This document shows positions 26,211 to 26,939 of a DNA stretch of 26,939 nucleotides, piece after piece. The DNA comes from Pseudomonadota bacterium (GTDB lineage: Bacteria; Bdellovibrionota_B; Oligoflexia; Oligoflexales; CAIYRB01): positions 1 through 26,939 of the forward strand of contig JANOTL010000005.1 in assembly GCA_031416315.1 (NCBI GenBank). Reading direction: 5' to 3'. The notes under the pieces were generated by a model. The model saw only the letters and a program-made list of their open reading frames with translations. It was not told the origin of the DNA and did not search any database. The translations under genes and the position numbers were made by a program. Within the stretch, counting starts at the first letter, position 1. Each line of letters starts with the position of its first letter.

Positions 26211-26239
26211 ATTTTAGGCGATTTGCGCCGGGCGGTAAA
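26211..26239 (-). promoter_or_regulatory. Putative sigma70 promoter for the QEGLA-cytochrome operon
   Basis: TTTACC (26239-26234), 17 nt, TAAAAT (26216-26211). Confidence 0.5.
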
Positions 26240-26242
26240 GAC

Positions 26243-26939
26243 TCAGCCCCGAAGCGGCGCGAGCAGGCTGGCCAAACTTGCCGGCCTTTTGTCGATACGC
26301 CCGGCAAAAAACGCCATCTCGCTCGACGAAAGCGCCTGCCAGTCGGAGCTGAGGAGCACTGGAATCGGCGCCGACGCCGTGATGCGCGCCATCTCGCGCG
26401 CCAGGGCGGCGCCGGTCGCAGGGTCTTGGGCCCCGAAGTCGAAGTCAGTGACGACCGCGGCCAGGCGCGCGCGCCAAACGGCGTCGGCCGCGAGGCGGGC
26501 GAAGAAATCCTGCGGCGAGGCGAAGGCCGAGACCTCGGCATCGGCGACGGTGACCTCCCAGGCTTCGCGCACGAACGGACAGTCGTCGACGATCGCGAGC
26601 GCGCGCGGGACAAAAGCTTGCGGCGCGGCCTCGGGTTCCACGAGCGCGGCGCGCGTCAGTCGCGTCGCCGGCAGCTCGATCACGAACTCGGTTCCACCCT
26701 CCGCCGTCGAGGCGCAGCTCAAGGTGCCGCCGTGCGCGGCGACGATCTCGCGGCAACCGGCGAGGCCGAGCCCGGTGCCGCGCGCCTTGCCCTTGGTGAA
26801 GAAGGGCTCGAAAATGCGGCCCAGATCCTCGGGCGCGATCCGCGGACCGTCGTTGCCGACGACGAGGCGCACGACGCCCTGGCCGCCGGCGAAGGCGTCG
26901 GTCGTCCGCAGCCAGACCTTGCCCTCGGCCGAGCCGATC
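26243..26939 (-). CDS. Hybrid sensor histidine kinase, C-terminal part (HATPase_c + receiver); 5' end lies outside the window
   Basis: Frame open to the window edge; GNDGPRI, IFEPFFTKGK..GTGLGLA, HGG; receiver 'IVDD', 'VVTDFDFG', 'PVLLSS', 'DK.P'. Confidence 0.92.
   Translation of the reverse strand, partial: IGSAEGKVWLRTTDAFAGGQGVVRLVVGNDGPRIAPEDLGRIFEPFFTKGKARGTGLGLAGCREIVAAHGGTLSCASTAEGGTEFVIELPATRLTRAALVEPEAAPQAFVPRALAIVDDCPFVREAWEVTVADAEVSAFASPQDFFARLAADAVWRARLAAVVTDFDFGAQDPATGAALAREMARITASAPIPVLLSSDWQALSSSEMAFFAGRIDKRPASLASLLAPLRG

Overview
GC-rich bacterial chromosomal window with about 25 densely packed CDSs. I see no rRNA, tRNA, CRISPR array or transposase. The many 'CK..LK' lipoproteins and a 'GNDG'-type histidine kinase suggest an Oligoflexia/Bdellovibrionota-like organism (inference only). 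In order: a small secreted Cys/Lys-Ala/Pro protein, an MFS transporter and a secreted hypothetical protein. Next is the most notable locus, a bufferin-like RiPP cluster (yceI, a 6-Cys secreted precursor, and a single-ORF MNIO/DUF692-DUF2063 fusion) whose precursor RBS is a G10 tract. It is followed by a metzincin-PDZ lipoprotein, a TPR + HupE/UreJ pair, an uncharacterised helical protein + zincin lipoprotein pair behind an AT-rich operator-like region, and the MoxR-DUF58-transglutaminase triad. The rest comprises an atypical tatC coupled to hflX, slyD, a secreted MBL-fold hydrolase, a REP-like 27-bp hairpin, an exported protein with six 18-aa tandem repeats, two RNA methyltransferases, a di-heme c lipoprotein behind a QEGLA/DUF1704 metallopeptidase, and the 3' end of a hybrid histidine kinase. 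All family calls come from motif recognition by eye; no searches were run.
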